Below are positions 43,747 through 53,203 of a stretch of 64,000 nt of DNA, piece after piece (the first letter of the stretch is position 1; every line of letters begins with the position of its first letter). The DNA comes from a candidate division Kazan bacterium GW2011_GWA1_50_15 (lineage in GTDB: Bacteria; Patescibacteriota; Kazan-3B-28): assembly GCA_001029795.1 (NCBI GenBank), contig CP011216.1, forward strand, positions 70,903 to 134,902, given 5' to 3'. A program made the translations under genes and the position numbers. The notes below the pieces were generated by a model, which was not told where the DNA came from, ran no database searches, and saw nothing but the letters and a program-made list of their open reading frames with translations.

Positions 43747-43932
43747 GGGCGGTTAGCTCAGTGGTAGAGCGCTTCGTTCACACCTGCCCGCCGCATCTGG
43801 ACCCGTGGCTCAGTGGTTAGAGCGTTCGGTTCACATCCGAAAGGTCGGTGGTTCGAATCCACCCGGGTCCACCAGTGTGCTATGGCAGGCGGGTCGAAGA
43901 AGTCAGAGGTTCAAATCCTCTACCGCCCACCA
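43747..43932 (+). tRNA. tRNA-Val(CAC)-like gene interrupted at anticodon-loop position 37/38 by a 111-nt insert
   Basis: Exon 1 43747-43782 (acceptor GGGCGGT, D arm, anticodon stem CTTCG, loop TTCACA). Exon 2 43894-43932 (T, CGAAG, var AAGTC, T arm AGAGG/CCTCT, acceptor ACCGCCC, A, CCA). All four stems pair. Confidence 0.55.
43799..43874 (+). tRNA. tRNA-Val (anticodon CAC), intact, located inside the insert of the outer tRNA-Val-like gene
   Basis: Acceptor GGACCCG/CGGGTCC, D stem GCTC/GAGC, anticodon stem TTCGG/CCGAA with loop TTCACAT, T arm GGTGG TTCGAAT CCACC, encoded CCA. Confidence 0.85.
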
Positions 43933-44103
43933 CGGTTGACAGTGTTGGGGAGATGGGTTAACCTGTCCCCTGTACGCATCCCGCCATTTATTCGTGATTA
44001 ACACGGGTAAATGGTCATTCGCTCCTGGCAGATCGGGTGAGACCGGTCAGCCCCAAGAGTGATCAGCATCAAAATGGCGGGAGAGGCATAAAAGGAGAAC
44101 AGT

Positions 44104-44856
44104 ATGGCACAGACCAAAGTTTCAGTTGAGGCGATGATGGAGGCGGGTATGCATTTTGGGCATCAGACGCACCGGCGCAATCCCAAGATGGACCCGTATA
44201 TTTTTGATGCAAGGAACGGGGTGCACATCATTGACCTAACCAAAACCGAGCCGTTACTTGAAGTCGCTCTAGCGTTTTTGCAAGACACGGTCAAGGCGGG
44301 CAAGCAAGTTATTCTAGTGGGAACTAAGCGGCAAGCCAGTCCGATCATTCAGACCGGGGCGGAACAGTGCGGGATGCCCTATGTGAATGAACGATGGTTG
44401 GGTGGGCTCCTCACTAATTTTGATACCATTAAAAAACGGTTGAAATATTTAAATGAGTTGGAACAGAAATTGTCAGACAAGACTGCTGGTCGGATGACCA
44501 AAAAAGAGCGGGTGGTGTTAGACCGGCAGTACCGTACTCTGATGTTGTCCTTGGGTGGTGTGAAAAATCTGCGGGAGCTGCCGGGCGCGATCTTTGTGGT
44601 GGACATTATTAAAGATAAGATCGCAGTTAGAGAGGCCAAGAAACTTGGTATCCCAGTAGTGGCATTAGTTGATACTAATGGCGATCCGACGGTAATTGAT
44701 TATCCTATTCCATCCAACGATGACGCCAAAAAGGCGATCGAATACGTACTGGAGTTAGTGGCAGAAGCTTGTTCGGTCAAACCAACCAAGGCGGTTTCTC
44801 CGGCGGCTTCAGGTCAGATTGCGGACGAACCAAAAACTGAAGTTACAATAGAATAG
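44104..44856 (+). CDS. rpsB: 30S ribosomal protein S2
   Basis: MLEAGMHFGHQT..RNPKM S2 signature. Confidence 0.9.
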   Translation: MAQTKVSVEAMMEAGMHFGHQTHRRNPKMDPYIFDARNGVHIIDLTKTEPLLEVALAFLQDTVKAGKQVILVGTKRQASPIIQTGAEQCGMPYVNERWLGGLLTNFDTIKKRLKYLNELEQKLSDKTAGRMTKKERVVLDRQYRTLMLSLGGVKNLRELPGAIFVVDIIKDKIAVREAKKLGIPVVALVDTNGDPTVIDYPIPSNDDAKKAIEYVLELVAEACSVKPTKAVSPAASGQIADEPKTEVTIE

Positions 44857-44872
44857 TGATTAAGGAGATGTG

Positions 44873-45409
44873 ATGGAGATTAAGGCAACTGATGTAAAAA
44901 ATTTACGCGACCTGACCGGGGCTGGCATGATGGAGGCTAAACAGGCATTGACCGAGGCGGCCGGCGATGTCGCGCGGGCCACAGCTATCTTGAAAGAGCG
45001 AGGAGCAACGATCGCTGCAAAGAAGGCCAACCGAGTGGCGGCTAACGGCGTAGTGGCGTCATATGTTCACACCGGTAACAAGATTGGGGTGTTGGTGGAG
45101 GTGAACGTCGAGACGGATTTTGTTGCTCGGGATGAAAAGTTCATTTCATTTGCTCGAGAGATAGCTGTTCATATAGCGGGAATGAACCCCACGTATCTCA
45201 CTAAAGACGAGGTCCCCGCGGATGAGCTAGCGGGAGCTGACGACAAGGACGCCTACATCAAAGAGGTGTGTTTGTTGGAACAGCCGTTCGTAAAAGATCC
45301 TAGTAAAACCATTCGGCAACTAGTCGAGGAAGAGGTAGCGCGTTTTAAAGAGAACATTCAGATCAAGCGGTTTGTCAGATTTGAATTGGGGGTGGTACCT
45401 GTATGTTAG
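44873..45409 (+). CDS. tsf: Elongation factor Ts (short form)
   Basis: N-terminal UBA-like LRDLTGAGMMEAKQAL and dimerisation core; approx. 178 aa. Confidence 0.8.
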   Translation: MEIKATDVKNLRDLTGAGMMEAKQALTEAAGDVARATAILKERGATIAAKKANRVAANGVVASYVHTGNKIGVLVEVNVETDFVARDEKFISFAREIAVHIAGMNPTYLTKDEVPADELAGADDKDAYIKEVCLLEQPFVKDPSKTIRQLVEEEVARFKENIQIKRFVRFELGVVPVC

Positions 45410-45948
45410 ATGAACTTGAGGCCAAGCTAGTTAAGACAATAGAGTCTCTCCAGACCGAACTGAACGGTATTCGGGCCGGTCGGGCCAGCGCAAGTTTAGT
45501 AGAGAATCTGTTGGTCGAATCATACGGCAGTAAGATGCCGCTGAAGCAAGTGGCTAGCATCACGGTGTCAGATGCTAAGTCTTTGGCCATCCAACCGTGG
45601 GACCGCGGCAACTTAGCGCCGATCGAACGGGCGATTGCTCAGTCTGATCTGGGTCTCAACCCGATCAATGATGGGACGATGATCCGTTTGAACATCCCCC
45701 CGCTTTCTAGTGAACGGCGGGATGAACTAGTTAAGTTAGTTGGCCAGCGCGCGGAGGCGGCTAAGGTGTCGATCCGTAATCTGCGTCATGAAGCGATGGA
45801 CCAGATTGGTCGGCAAGTTAAGGATAAGGTGATATCAGAAGACGATAGTAAGCGGCTAGAGAAAACCGTGCAGGAACGAGTAGACCACGCTAACGGGCGG
45901 GTGGAGCAGATGCTCCAAGCGAAAGAGGCGGAGATCAAAACTGTTTAA
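45403..45948 (+). CDS. frr: Ribosome recycling factor
   Basis: RRF-like 181 aa with IRNLRHEAMD motif region. Confidence 0.85.
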   Translation: MLDELEAKLVKTIESLQTELNGIRAGRASASLVENLLVESYGSKMPLKQVASITVSDAKSLAIQPWDRGNLAPIERAIAQSDLGLNPINDGTMIRLNIPPLSSERRDELVKLVGQRAEAAKVSIRNLRHEAMDQIGRQVKDKVISEDDSKRLEKTVQERVDHANGRVEQMLQAKEAEIKTV

Positions 45949-45950
45949 TA

Positions 45951-46637
45951 GTGGATATTCCTCAACATATCGCCTTTATCTTAGATGGGAACCGGAGGTG
46001 GGCCAAAGATCGTGGCTTACCGGCTTGGCAAGGACATCTCAAGGCGTTGGATACACTGGATGAGCTGGTGTATTGGTGCCGGGAAACGGGGGTTAAGTAT
46101 TTGACAGTCTACGCTTTTTCGACCGAAAACTGGGGCCGGCCAGAAGAAGAGCTGGGTCACTTATTTGGTGAGGTGTTAACTGAAGGTGTCACCGAAAAAT
46201 TCCCGCGGCTGCACGAGCAAAATATTCGTGTTAATGTACTTGGCCGGTTGGACAGGTTCCCGCCCAAGATGCAGACGGCAATAGGGGACATTATAGAGAA
46301 GACGAAATCTAATACCGGTCTGGTTTTTAACTGGTGTTTGGATTACGGCGGGAGAAGCGAGTTAGTTCGGGCGGTGCAAGAGATAACTAGGCAACAGATA
46401 CCGGCCGATCAGATCACCGAAGATATAGTATCGGCTCATCTCTATTCGGCGGGGGTGCCAGACCCAGACCTAGTGATCCGGACTTCTGGCGAACAGCGGC
46501 TTAGTGGATTTTTATTGTGGCAGAACGCTTACGCAGAGTTATATTTCCCTAAAGTTTATTTTCCAGCCTTTACTAAGACTGACTTTGACGAAGCCTTAAC
46601 GTGGTATGCTGGCCGAGATAGACGCTACGGTAAATAA
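45951..46637 (+). CDS. uppS: Undecaprenyl pyrophosphate synthase
   Basis: HIAFILDGNRRWA and RTSGEQRLSGFLLWQ motifs. Confidence 0.85.
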   Translation: MDIPQHIAFILDGNRRWAKDRGLPAWQGHLKALDTLDELVYWCRETGVKYLTVYAFSTENWGRPEEELGHLFGEVLTEGVTEKFPRLHEQNIRVNVLGRLDRFPPKMQTAIGDIIEKTKSNTGLVFNWCLDYGGRSELVRAVQEITRQQIPADQITEDIVSAHLYSAGVPDPDLVIRTSGEQRLSGFLLWQNAYAELYFPKVYFPAFTKTDFDEALTWYAGRDRRYGK

Positions 46638-47726
46638 TTGTCTATGTCTTTACTCTCGATAATCATTTTTATTTTTATCTTTGGTCTATTCGTGTTCTTA
46701 CATGAGTTAGGCCATTTTTGGGCGGCGGTTAGGGCTGGGGTGCGAGTAGAAGAGTTTGGGTTTGGTCTCCCGCCGCGGTTGTGGGGCGTAAAGAGAGGTG
46801 GAACCATTTACTCGATCAACTGGATCCCGTTTGGCGGGTTCGTCCGGCTTAAGGGTGAGGGGGTGAGTGGAGGTACCGATCCAGATTCGTTGCGCAATCA
46901 GTCGTACGGAGCGAGATTCCTGGTCACAGTCGGGGGCGTGTTGATGAACTTTTTGACTGCGCTAGTTTTACTGATGATTGGTTTTTGGTTAGGGATGCCG
47001 CCGATCGTGTCAGACGTTAGTAACTACACCACGGACGACAGCCAACTAGACGCGCAGATCTTGATCTTACAAGTAGACAAGGGTACGCCAGCAGAGGCGG
47101 CTGGGATCAAGGCTGGTGACGTGGTGGTCTCAGTTGATGGTCAGTCGCTTACGACAGTGCCGGATCTGCAGGCGGCGGTGGCCGGCAAGCGGCAAGTAGT
47201 TATAGCGGTACAGCGCGGCGATAAAGAGATAATCTTGTCGGTAACAACTGTTCAGGAGGAGGGTCGTGAAGTAATAGGCGTGTTGGCCGATGAGTTGATC
47301 TCCGGCGTCCACTATGTTTGGTGGCAAGTGCCGTACTTTGCGCTGCAGGAGACCTGGCAGCTGATCCGTAATATTACGGTAGCGATTGTGGGGTTCTTGG
47401 GCGGATTGATCACTAGTGGTTCAGTCCCAGACTCGGTGGCAGGCCCGGTAGGGATCGCTAAAATCACGGCCCAGGCTGTGTCGCTTGGATTCTTGGCAGT
47501 ATTGCAGTTCGCGATATTTTTGAATGTTAATTTGGGGCTGATAAATATTGTGCCGTTCCCGGCACTGGATGGCGGGCGGTTATTGTTCCTGGTGGTTGAG
47601 CTGGTACGCGGCGGTCGGCGATTAAGACCCGAGGTTGAGAACACGGTTCACAGTCTTGGATTTTTATTATTGTTAGTGTTTATCTTTGTCGTGACTTATC
47701 GGGACATCGTTAAATTATTTACATAA
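46638..47726 (+). CDS. rseP: Site-2 protease RseP-like zinc metalloprotease with PDZ domain
   Basis: HELGHFWAA HExxH motif, PDZ region, C-terminal LDGG motif. Confidence 0.8.
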   Translation: MSMSLLSIIIFIFIFGLFVFLHELGHFWAAVRAGVRVEEFGFGLPPRLWGVKRGGTIYSINWIPFGGFVRLKGEGVSGGTDPDSLRNQSYGARFLVTVGGVLMNFLTALVLLMIGFWLGMPPIVSDVSNYTTDDSQLDAQILILQVDKGTPAEAAGIKAGDVVVSVDGQSLTTVPDLQAAVAGKRQVVIAVQRGDKEIILSVTTVQEEGREVIGVLADELISGVHYVWWQVPYFALQETWQLIRNITVAIVGFLGGLITSGSVPDSVAGPVGIAKITAQAVSLGFLAVLQFAIFLNVNLGLINIVPFPALDGGRLLFLVVELVRGGRRLRPEVENTVHSLGFLLLLVFIFVVTYRDIVKLFT

Positions 47727-47733
47727 ACGAACG

Positions 47734-48546
47734 ATGGTTCAGCTACTTGACGGGAAGCGAACGGCGGCTGACTGGGCCAAACGGCTACAAGGTCGATTTA
47801 AGGGAGTGGGCCGGCTAGCGGCGGTGACAGTAGGGGATGACCCCGCCTCGCGGCTGTATCTGGAGAAGAAAGCGGCCATGGCCAAAGGGTTGGGGGCAGG
47901 GTTTGTATTGTATTGGTTGCCGGTCAGCGTTGGGACTAGGGCGGTGAAGCAAAAGATCGCTCAGTTAAACCGCGACAGACGAGTGGCGGGGATTATTGTC
48001 CAGCTCCCTTTACCAAAACGATTGGACTCAGCTGAGATAGTGAACGTTATTGCGCCGAGCAAAGATGTTGATGGGCTGACCGACGCAAATATCAGCAGCG
48101 GCGGGATGCTACCGGCAACAGCCGTTGGGATAATTGAACTTGTACGCAGATATAAACTAGAGTTGCGTCGCAAACAGATAGTATTACTAGGGTTCTCCCG
48201 GCTTTTGAATGTGCCGCTCGCTCTGTATTTATCTGGTCAAGGGAATAGCATCACGATCTTGCAAAAAGGAACGCGCGACCACAGTTGTCTGCGCCAAGCC
48301 GATGTGATAGTTAGCGCGGTGGGTAGTCCGAAGTTGATCAGGGGTAAGGATGTTAAGCCAGGAGCGATCATAATCGATGCCGGTATCGCTCGGGTCGGAA
48401 AGAGCGTGGTTGGGGATGTTGACCGAAATTCTGTTGATAAGCGGGCCGGCTGGTTGACCCCCGTGCCGGGCGGGGTAGGGCCAATGACGGTGATAGCTCT
48501 CTTTGCTAACTTATTAACGGCGGCAAAAACAACCTCTCAGAGCTAG
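47734..48546 (+). CDS. folD: Bifunctional methylenetetrahydrofolate dehydrogenase/cyclohydrolase
   Basis: DVDGL and PVPGGVGPMT motifs. Confidence 0.8.
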   Translation: MVQLLDGKRTAADWAKRLQGRFKGVGRLAAVTVGDDPASRLYLEKKAAMAKGLGAGFVLYWLPVSVGTRAVKQKIAQLNRDRRVAGIIVQLPLPKRLDSAEIVNVIAPSKDVDGLTDANISSGGMLPATAVGIIELVRRYKLELRRKQIVLLGFSRLLNVPLALYLSGQGNSITILQKGTRDHSCLRQADVIVSAVGSPKLIRGKDVKPGAIIIDAGIARVGKSVVGDVDRNSVDKRAGWLTPVPGGVGPMTVIALFANLLTAAKTTSQS

Positions 48547-48631
48547 ATTTACACCTATTGACAGCGGAGGGGGTTAACGTATAATCAAAACTATTCTTGG
48601 GAGGCCGAGTGTTCCCAGGGAGTAATAAAGC

Positions 48632-49099
48632 ATGGGAGTTCAAGAATTGTATATCTCGCAGCAAGGTCTAGAAAATCTTAAGCGCGAGCTGGAGGAATTA
48701 AAACAGCAGCGGGTTGAGATCACTGAAAAGATCAAAGACGCCCGTGAGTTTGGCGACTTATCCGAAAACGCTGAGTATCAAGAAGCCAAGACTAAACAAT
48801 CGTTTATTGAAGGGCGCATCGAGGAGATCGAGGCGACCTTGAAAATGGCTAAAGTTATCGATGCAAAAAATAATGCTAACGGCGAGATCAGTGTTGGTTC
48901 GACGGTAGTGGTAGACGGGACTGGCCGCGAAGTAACTTATCAGATCGTGGGTTCTAATGAAGTGAGTCCCGAAGAGGGCAAGATCTCTAACGAATCACCA
49001 TTAGGTGTTGCGTTGATGGGTCACCGAGCCGGGGACAGAGTGATGGTGCCGATGGCGGATGGAGAGGAACGTGAGTATTTGATTGTGAAAGTTAGTTAA
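48632..49099 (+). CDS. greA: Transcription elongation factor GreA
   Basis: Coiled-coil N-terminus with DLSENAEY motif and FKBP-like C-terminus. Confidence 0.85.
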   Translation: MGVQELYISQQGLENLKRELEELKQQRVEITEKIKDAREFGDLSENAEYQEAKTKQSFIEGRIEEIEATLKMAKVIDAKNNANGEISVGSTVVVDGTGREVTYQIVGSNEVSPEEGKISNESPLGVALMGHRAGDRVMVPMADGEEREYLIVKVS

Positions 49100-49103
49100 T
49101 TTT

Positions 49104-49284
49104 TTGCAACGCTCTCAAGCCGCCATTGCATCGGCGTTTTTTTGCCGCATTTTGCTTGCCCAAAACGCGGCACCAAAAGGGCGCCTCACTCACCAATTCA
49201 GTTGCCAAAAACCAAAATCACCCTTTCTGGATTTAACCGCAAACTCGCTCCGCTCAGACATGCTCACCCAGACCGGGTGATTTT
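49104..49284 (+). repeat. Copy 5 of ~170-nt structured 3'-UTR repeat (after greA; H2 outer stem replaced by GCCGC/GCGGC)
   Basis: H1-like 49104-49130 followed by T7. H2 49144-49171 (GCCGCATTTTG cttgcc CAAAACGCGGC). B stem 49214-49223 with 49275-49284; B core nearly identical to copy 2 (CCAGACCGGGTGATTTT). Confidence 0.65.
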
Positions 49285-49447
49285 GCTACTGGCAATCTGA
49301 ATTGCTTCGATGGGTCCCATCGGGAACGGCCCTCTTCCAATGGCGGATGGAGAACGGGGGAAGTGCGGTGTGCTCGGACAGTCCCAAAACTTATCACTTT
49401 TAACTTATCACTGGTGCTCTCTCGAGAACTGATATACTAAGATAGTT

Positions 49448-50920
49448 ATGGAACAGAGTTTGGAACAAATTATTGCCGCGCGCCTCGACAAGCTAAGAGA
49501 ATTGCGGCGGGAGGGAGTTGATCCTTATCCGGCTAAGTCGGCCCGGACGCTAACCGCGGCTGACTTTATTGCCAAGTTTAGTGCTCTCAAGCGGGCCAAG
49601 AAGTCAGTGACATTAGCCGGCCGCTTGATGGTCATGCGCGAATTCGGGGGCTTAACTTTCGGAATATTGAAAGACGGATACGGCCAGACCCAGATTTTGT
49701 TTAAGAAAGATGAGTTTGGAGCGAAGGCCTATCAGGGCCTGAAATTATTGGATGCCGGTGACATCATCCAGACTAAGGGTACGGCGATGTTGACCAAAAA
49801 AGGTGAAAAAACCCTGCTGGTCAAAAAATTTACTCTTTTAGCCAAGAGCTTGCGGCCCCTGCCCGAGAAGTGGCATGGGTTAACGGACCAAGAGGCACGC
49901 TTTCGTCAGCGGTATTTGGATATTCTGCTAAATCTGGAAGTAAAAGACAGATTTGTGATCAAAAATCGCCTCGTGCAGTCGATACGCGAATTTTTATTGC
50001 GCGAGGGCTACATCGAGGTGGATACCCCGGCACTTCAGCCTCTGCCGGGCGGCGCTCTGGCGGCTCCCTTCAAGACCCACTATCAGGCGACCAATTCGGA
50101 TGTTTATCTGCGAATCGCGCCGGAGCTGTATCTCAAACGCCTAATCGTCGGCGGGATGGAGAGAGTGTTCGAGTTCGCCCGGGTGTTTCGCAACGAGGGC
50201 GTCTCGACCCAACATCTGCAGGACTTCACGATGTTAGAGTTTTATCAGGCCTATGCCGACTATAACGAGTTGATGAAGCTGACTGAAGAGATGCTGTCGG
50301 GCGCGGTGAAAGAGATATTTGGCACGACTAAAGTTAAATTCGGAGGGCAACTTATTGATTGGAAAACACCCTGGCCGAAGAAAAGTTTCCGGGAACTGAT
50401 CAGGCAACACGCCGGCATCGATATCGATAAGTTCCCGACGGCGGAGTCGTTGCAGGCAGAGATCAAGCGCAAAAAAATTAAATTGACCTATGCGGGGCGA
50501 GCCGGACGCGGCAAGCTGATAGACGAACTTTACAAAGAGACCGCGCGGCCTAAGTTGGTCAATCCAGTGTTTTTGGTGGATCATCCGCTCGATCTATCGC
50601 CGCTGGCCAAAAAAATGGCAGATGACCCGACTAAGGTCCAACGCTTCCAGTTAGTGGTTGCCGGGATGGAAGTCACGAATGCCTTTTCCGAGTTGAACGA
50701 TCCCATTGACCAGAAGGAGCGATTTCAGTCGCAAGCCAAACTGAAGCGAGCGGGGGACAGCGAGGCTCATTCGATGGACGATGACTTTGTTAAGGCATTG
50801 GAGTACGGCATGCCGCCAACGGCTGGTTGCGGCATCGGTATTGAACGGCTGGTGGCACTGCTGACGGGCGCCGACTCGGTGCGGGAGGCGGTGCTGTTTC
50901 CGTTCGTGAAGGATAAGTAG
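49448..50920 (+). CDS. lysS: Lysyl-tRNA synthetase (class II)
   Basis: OB-fold N-domain plus class II motifs 1-3 (FRNEG, GGIGIERL). Confidence 0.9.
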   Translation: MEQSLEQIIAARLDKLRELRREGVDPYPAKSARTLTAADFIAKFSALKRAKKSVTLAGRLMVMREFGGLTFGILKDGYGQTQILFKKDEFGAKAYQGLKLLDAGDIIQTKGTAMLTKKGEKTLLVKKFTLLAKSLRPLPEKWHGLTDQEARFRQRYLDILLNLEVKDRFVIKNRLVQSIREFLLREGYIEVDTPALQPLPGGALAAPFKTHYQATNSDVYLRIAPELYLKRLIVGGMERVFEFARVFRNEGVSTQHLQDFTMLEFYQAYADYNELMKLTEEMLSGAVKEIFGTTKVKFGGQLIDWKTPWPKKSFRELIRQHAGIDIDKFPTAESLQAEIKRKKIKLTYAGRAGRGKLIDELYKETARPKLVNPVFLVDHPLDLSPLAKKMADDPTKVQRFQLVVAGMEVTNAFSELNDPIDQKERFQSQAKLKRAGDSEAHSMDDDFVKALEYGMPPTAGCGIGIERLVALLTGADSVREAVLFPFVKDK

Positions 50921-51004
50921 TTTTCTAGCTCTGGGACTTGACTTTTATAGGAGGGAGGTATATCCTACCTAAGCTTTAGTTTGCACTTTGAGGAGGTACT
51001 CCTG

Positions 51005-51394
51005 ATGGGTACCATAAGAATCGTCGTCGTGGACGACGAGGCTATGATCAGAACGGTGGTGGTTAGGAAGTTGGCACTCTGGGGTTATCCAGAGACGGTT
51101 GGGATAGTGCCAGAGATGAGTTCTGAACATACTGCCCAATTGATTCTCGATGCCGCCCCAAATATCGTAGTGATCGACCATGATTTTGGCCTCGATTTTA
51201 CCGGAGTCAATGTGGCCGAATTGCTGCGGCAGGAGGGGTTCGAGGGCGACATCATCGTTTTCTCGTCTCACTCCGTCGAGGCCCAAAAGGCCCTCTTTGG
51301 GCCCTACGAAATTTTGGCTTATGTTGTTAAGCCGGACTCCCAGGGCCTTAGAGAGCCGCTCGAGCGAGCGGCGGAGAAGTACATTGGCCGGTGA
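51005..51394 (+). CDS. Stand-alone response-regulator receiver domain protein
   Basis: IRIVVVDDEAMIR...D...K receiver pattern. Start at ATG 51005. Confidence 0.6.
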   Translation: MGTIRIVVVDDEAMIRTVVVRKLALWGYPETVGIVPEMSSEHTAQLILDAAPNIVVIDHDFGLDFTGVNVAELLRQEGFEGDIIVFSSHSVEAQKALFGPYEILAYVVKPDSQGLREPLERAAEKYIGR

Positions 51395-51418
51395 CGTATG
51401 TCACCGGCATTTTTTTTA
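51389..51418 (+). terminator. Rho-independent terminator (CCGGTGACGTATGTCACCGG + TTTTTTTT)
   Basis: Perfect 8-bp hairpin plus T8 read directly. Confidence 0.8.
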
Positions 51419-51421
51419 GTC

Positions 51422-51859
51422 TTAACTATACCGCTCGTACTCTCGCTTCTCTTTGGCGGTATCGTAGTCCACACCGTCACCGACTAGATCTTGAATATAG
51501 TGATAAGCATCCTTTTTGGCGGGGAATCGCTGGGGAAGCGATTCGGTCAACATTTGAGCGGTTTTATTATGGGCAGCATTGCGCAGTTTATCTAACTCGA
51601 TCGTCACGGCCCGCGAGTTGGGGTCTGATGTAAAAATAGAATTATATAGCGCCCGATTGCGAGTTGCGACGTAGTCATGAAGCGCAGCTTGAACATCGGG
51701 CGTGAATTCAGAGATGACTTGTTCGATTTTAGTTAACTGCTCCTTCGCAATGCGCTGGCCAGTAGAAAAATCATAGGCGATGTCGCTAACTATCTCGCCC
51801 GGCAGCGGCGGCTGGAATTCATTTTCGGATTGAGGTTGAGGGGAGAGCTCTGGTCGCAT
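51422..51859 (-). CDS. Hypothetical protein
   Basis: 145-aa ORF convergent with the receiver gene; no recognised domain. Confidence 0.35.
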   Translation of the reverse strand: MRPELSPQPQSENEFQPPLPGEIVSDIAYDFSTGQRIAKEQLTKIEQVISEFTPDVQAALHDYVATRNRALYNSIFTSDPNSRAVTIELDKLRNAAHNKTAQMLTESLPQRFPAKKDAYHYIQDLVGDGVDYDTAKEKREYERYS

Positions 51860-51961
51860 TTTGTTTTACTTTCTCTTTATTATACCATAAAATTGTGCTT
51901 CTGTCAAACAGTTCTAACCAGAGCTGTGGGGGAGGGGATGATATAATATCAGGGTATTTTC

Positions 51962-53182
51962 ATGGATCTTAAACTTCTAGAAGACAATCTGTACACTTGG
52001 CAAGAGCAGCTCAACCGCCGCGGGGCGGAGGTGGACTTGAAGAAGGTGCTGGAAGTCTACCAGCGCTACTTGGAGGTGTTGCAGAAAGCCGAGGGTCTCA
52101 GGGCCGAACGTAACGTGGCGGCTAAGGCGCAGGACATCGAAGCGGGCAAGCGTATCGGCAGCGAACTGAAGGAACTGGAAGACGAAGTGATGGCGGCCAG
52201 GACCGAGTTGGACGAGCTGGTGGCCGACATTCCTAATCTGCCGGATAAAGATATCCCTGATGGTGGCGAGGAGAACGGCAAAGTCATCGGCGTGGGTGGC
52301 AAACCACGCGACATCACCAACCCCAGAGATCACATTGCGCTGGGCGAGAGTTTGGGGATTTTGGATATCGAGCGGGGGACGAAAGCATCCGGCTCCAGAT
52401 TTTATTATTTAAAAAATCAGGCAGTTGAGTTGGAATTTGCCATCCTGCGGTGGCTAATGGATTTGTTGAAAGACAAAGGTTTTGAATTACTACTCGGCCC
52501 GCAGTTGTTGGGCGAAAAAGCAATGCTGGCCGGGGGATATTTAGGCAAAGCGGCAGACGAAGTTTATAAAACTCAAGATGATTTGTATTTAATTGGCACC
52601 GCCGAACAAAGTATTTTGGCCTATCACTTGGACGAAATTATTCCCGTTCCTAAACGCTATGCTAGTTTTTCAACTTGTTTTCGCAGAGAAGCTGGTAGTT
52701 ATGGTAAAGATGTCAAAGGAATTATTCGGACACACCAGTTTGATAAAGTGGAAATGTTTTCATTTGTGGCCCCGGATATGTCGGCGCGGGAACACGAACA
52801 GTTGGTGGCCATTCAAGAGGAGATCTTGCAGGGGCTGGAGATTCCGTATCAAAAGGTGCTGTTGGCGGCTGGGGATTTGAGCATGGCTGCTGCTCGGACC
52901 ATTGACCTAGAGAGTTGGTTGCCCTCGCAAAACCGGCATCGCGAAACCCATTCGGCTAGCAACTGTACCGACTGGCAGGCGAGACGGGCGCGTATCCGGT
53001 ATAAGACCGAGAGTGGGGAGTCCGAGCTAGTCCACACCTTAAATGGGACGGCGGTGGCGATTGGGCGTATGCTGGTAGCACTACTGGAGAACCACCAGCA
53101 GATGGACGGCAGTATCAGTATCCCTAAGGTTTTGCACTCGTATCTGAGTTTCAAGGAGATTCGTCAAATAACTGTAACTTAA
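51962..53182 (+). CDS. serS: Seryl-tRNA synthetase
   Basis: N-terminal coiled-coil arm plus class II core (FRRE, GSYG, TLNGTAVA). Confidence 0.9.
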   Translation: MDLKLLEDNLYTWQEQLNRRGAEVDLKKVLEVYQRYLEVLQKAEGLRAERNVAAKAQDIEAGKRIGSELKELEDEVMAARTELDELVADIPNLPDKDIPDGGEENGKVIGVGGKPRDITNPRDHIALGESLGILDIERGTKASGSRFYYLKNQAVELEFAILRWLMDLLKDKGFELLLGPQLLGEKAMLAGGYLGKAADEVYKTQDDLYLIGTAEQSILAYHLDEIIPVPKRYASFSTCFRREAGSYGKDVKGIIRTHQFDKVEMFSFVAPDMSAREHEQLVAIQEEILQGLEIPYQKVLLAAGDLSMAAARTIDLESWLPSQNRHRETHSASNCTDWQARRARIRYKTESGESELVHTLNGTAVAIGRMLVALLENHQQMDGSISIPKVLHSYLSFKEIRQITVT

Positions 53183-53203
53183 AAAAAGAGGAGGTCGAGT
53201 GAG

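Noticed and set aside
43783-43893. Group I intron in the tRNA-Val-like gene
   Set aside because: The insert is only 111 nt, far below the minimal group I ribozyme size, and no P/Q/R/S-like elements are visible. It is reported instead as a nested-tRNA insert of unknown splicing mechanism
43747-43932. tmRNA (ssrA) interpretation of the tRNA-like 5' and 3' ends surrounding an internal segment
   Set aside because: The 5' part has a complete D arm and anticodon stem (tmRNA lacks these). Total length is 186 nt rather than ~350 nt, and there is no tag-peptide ORF
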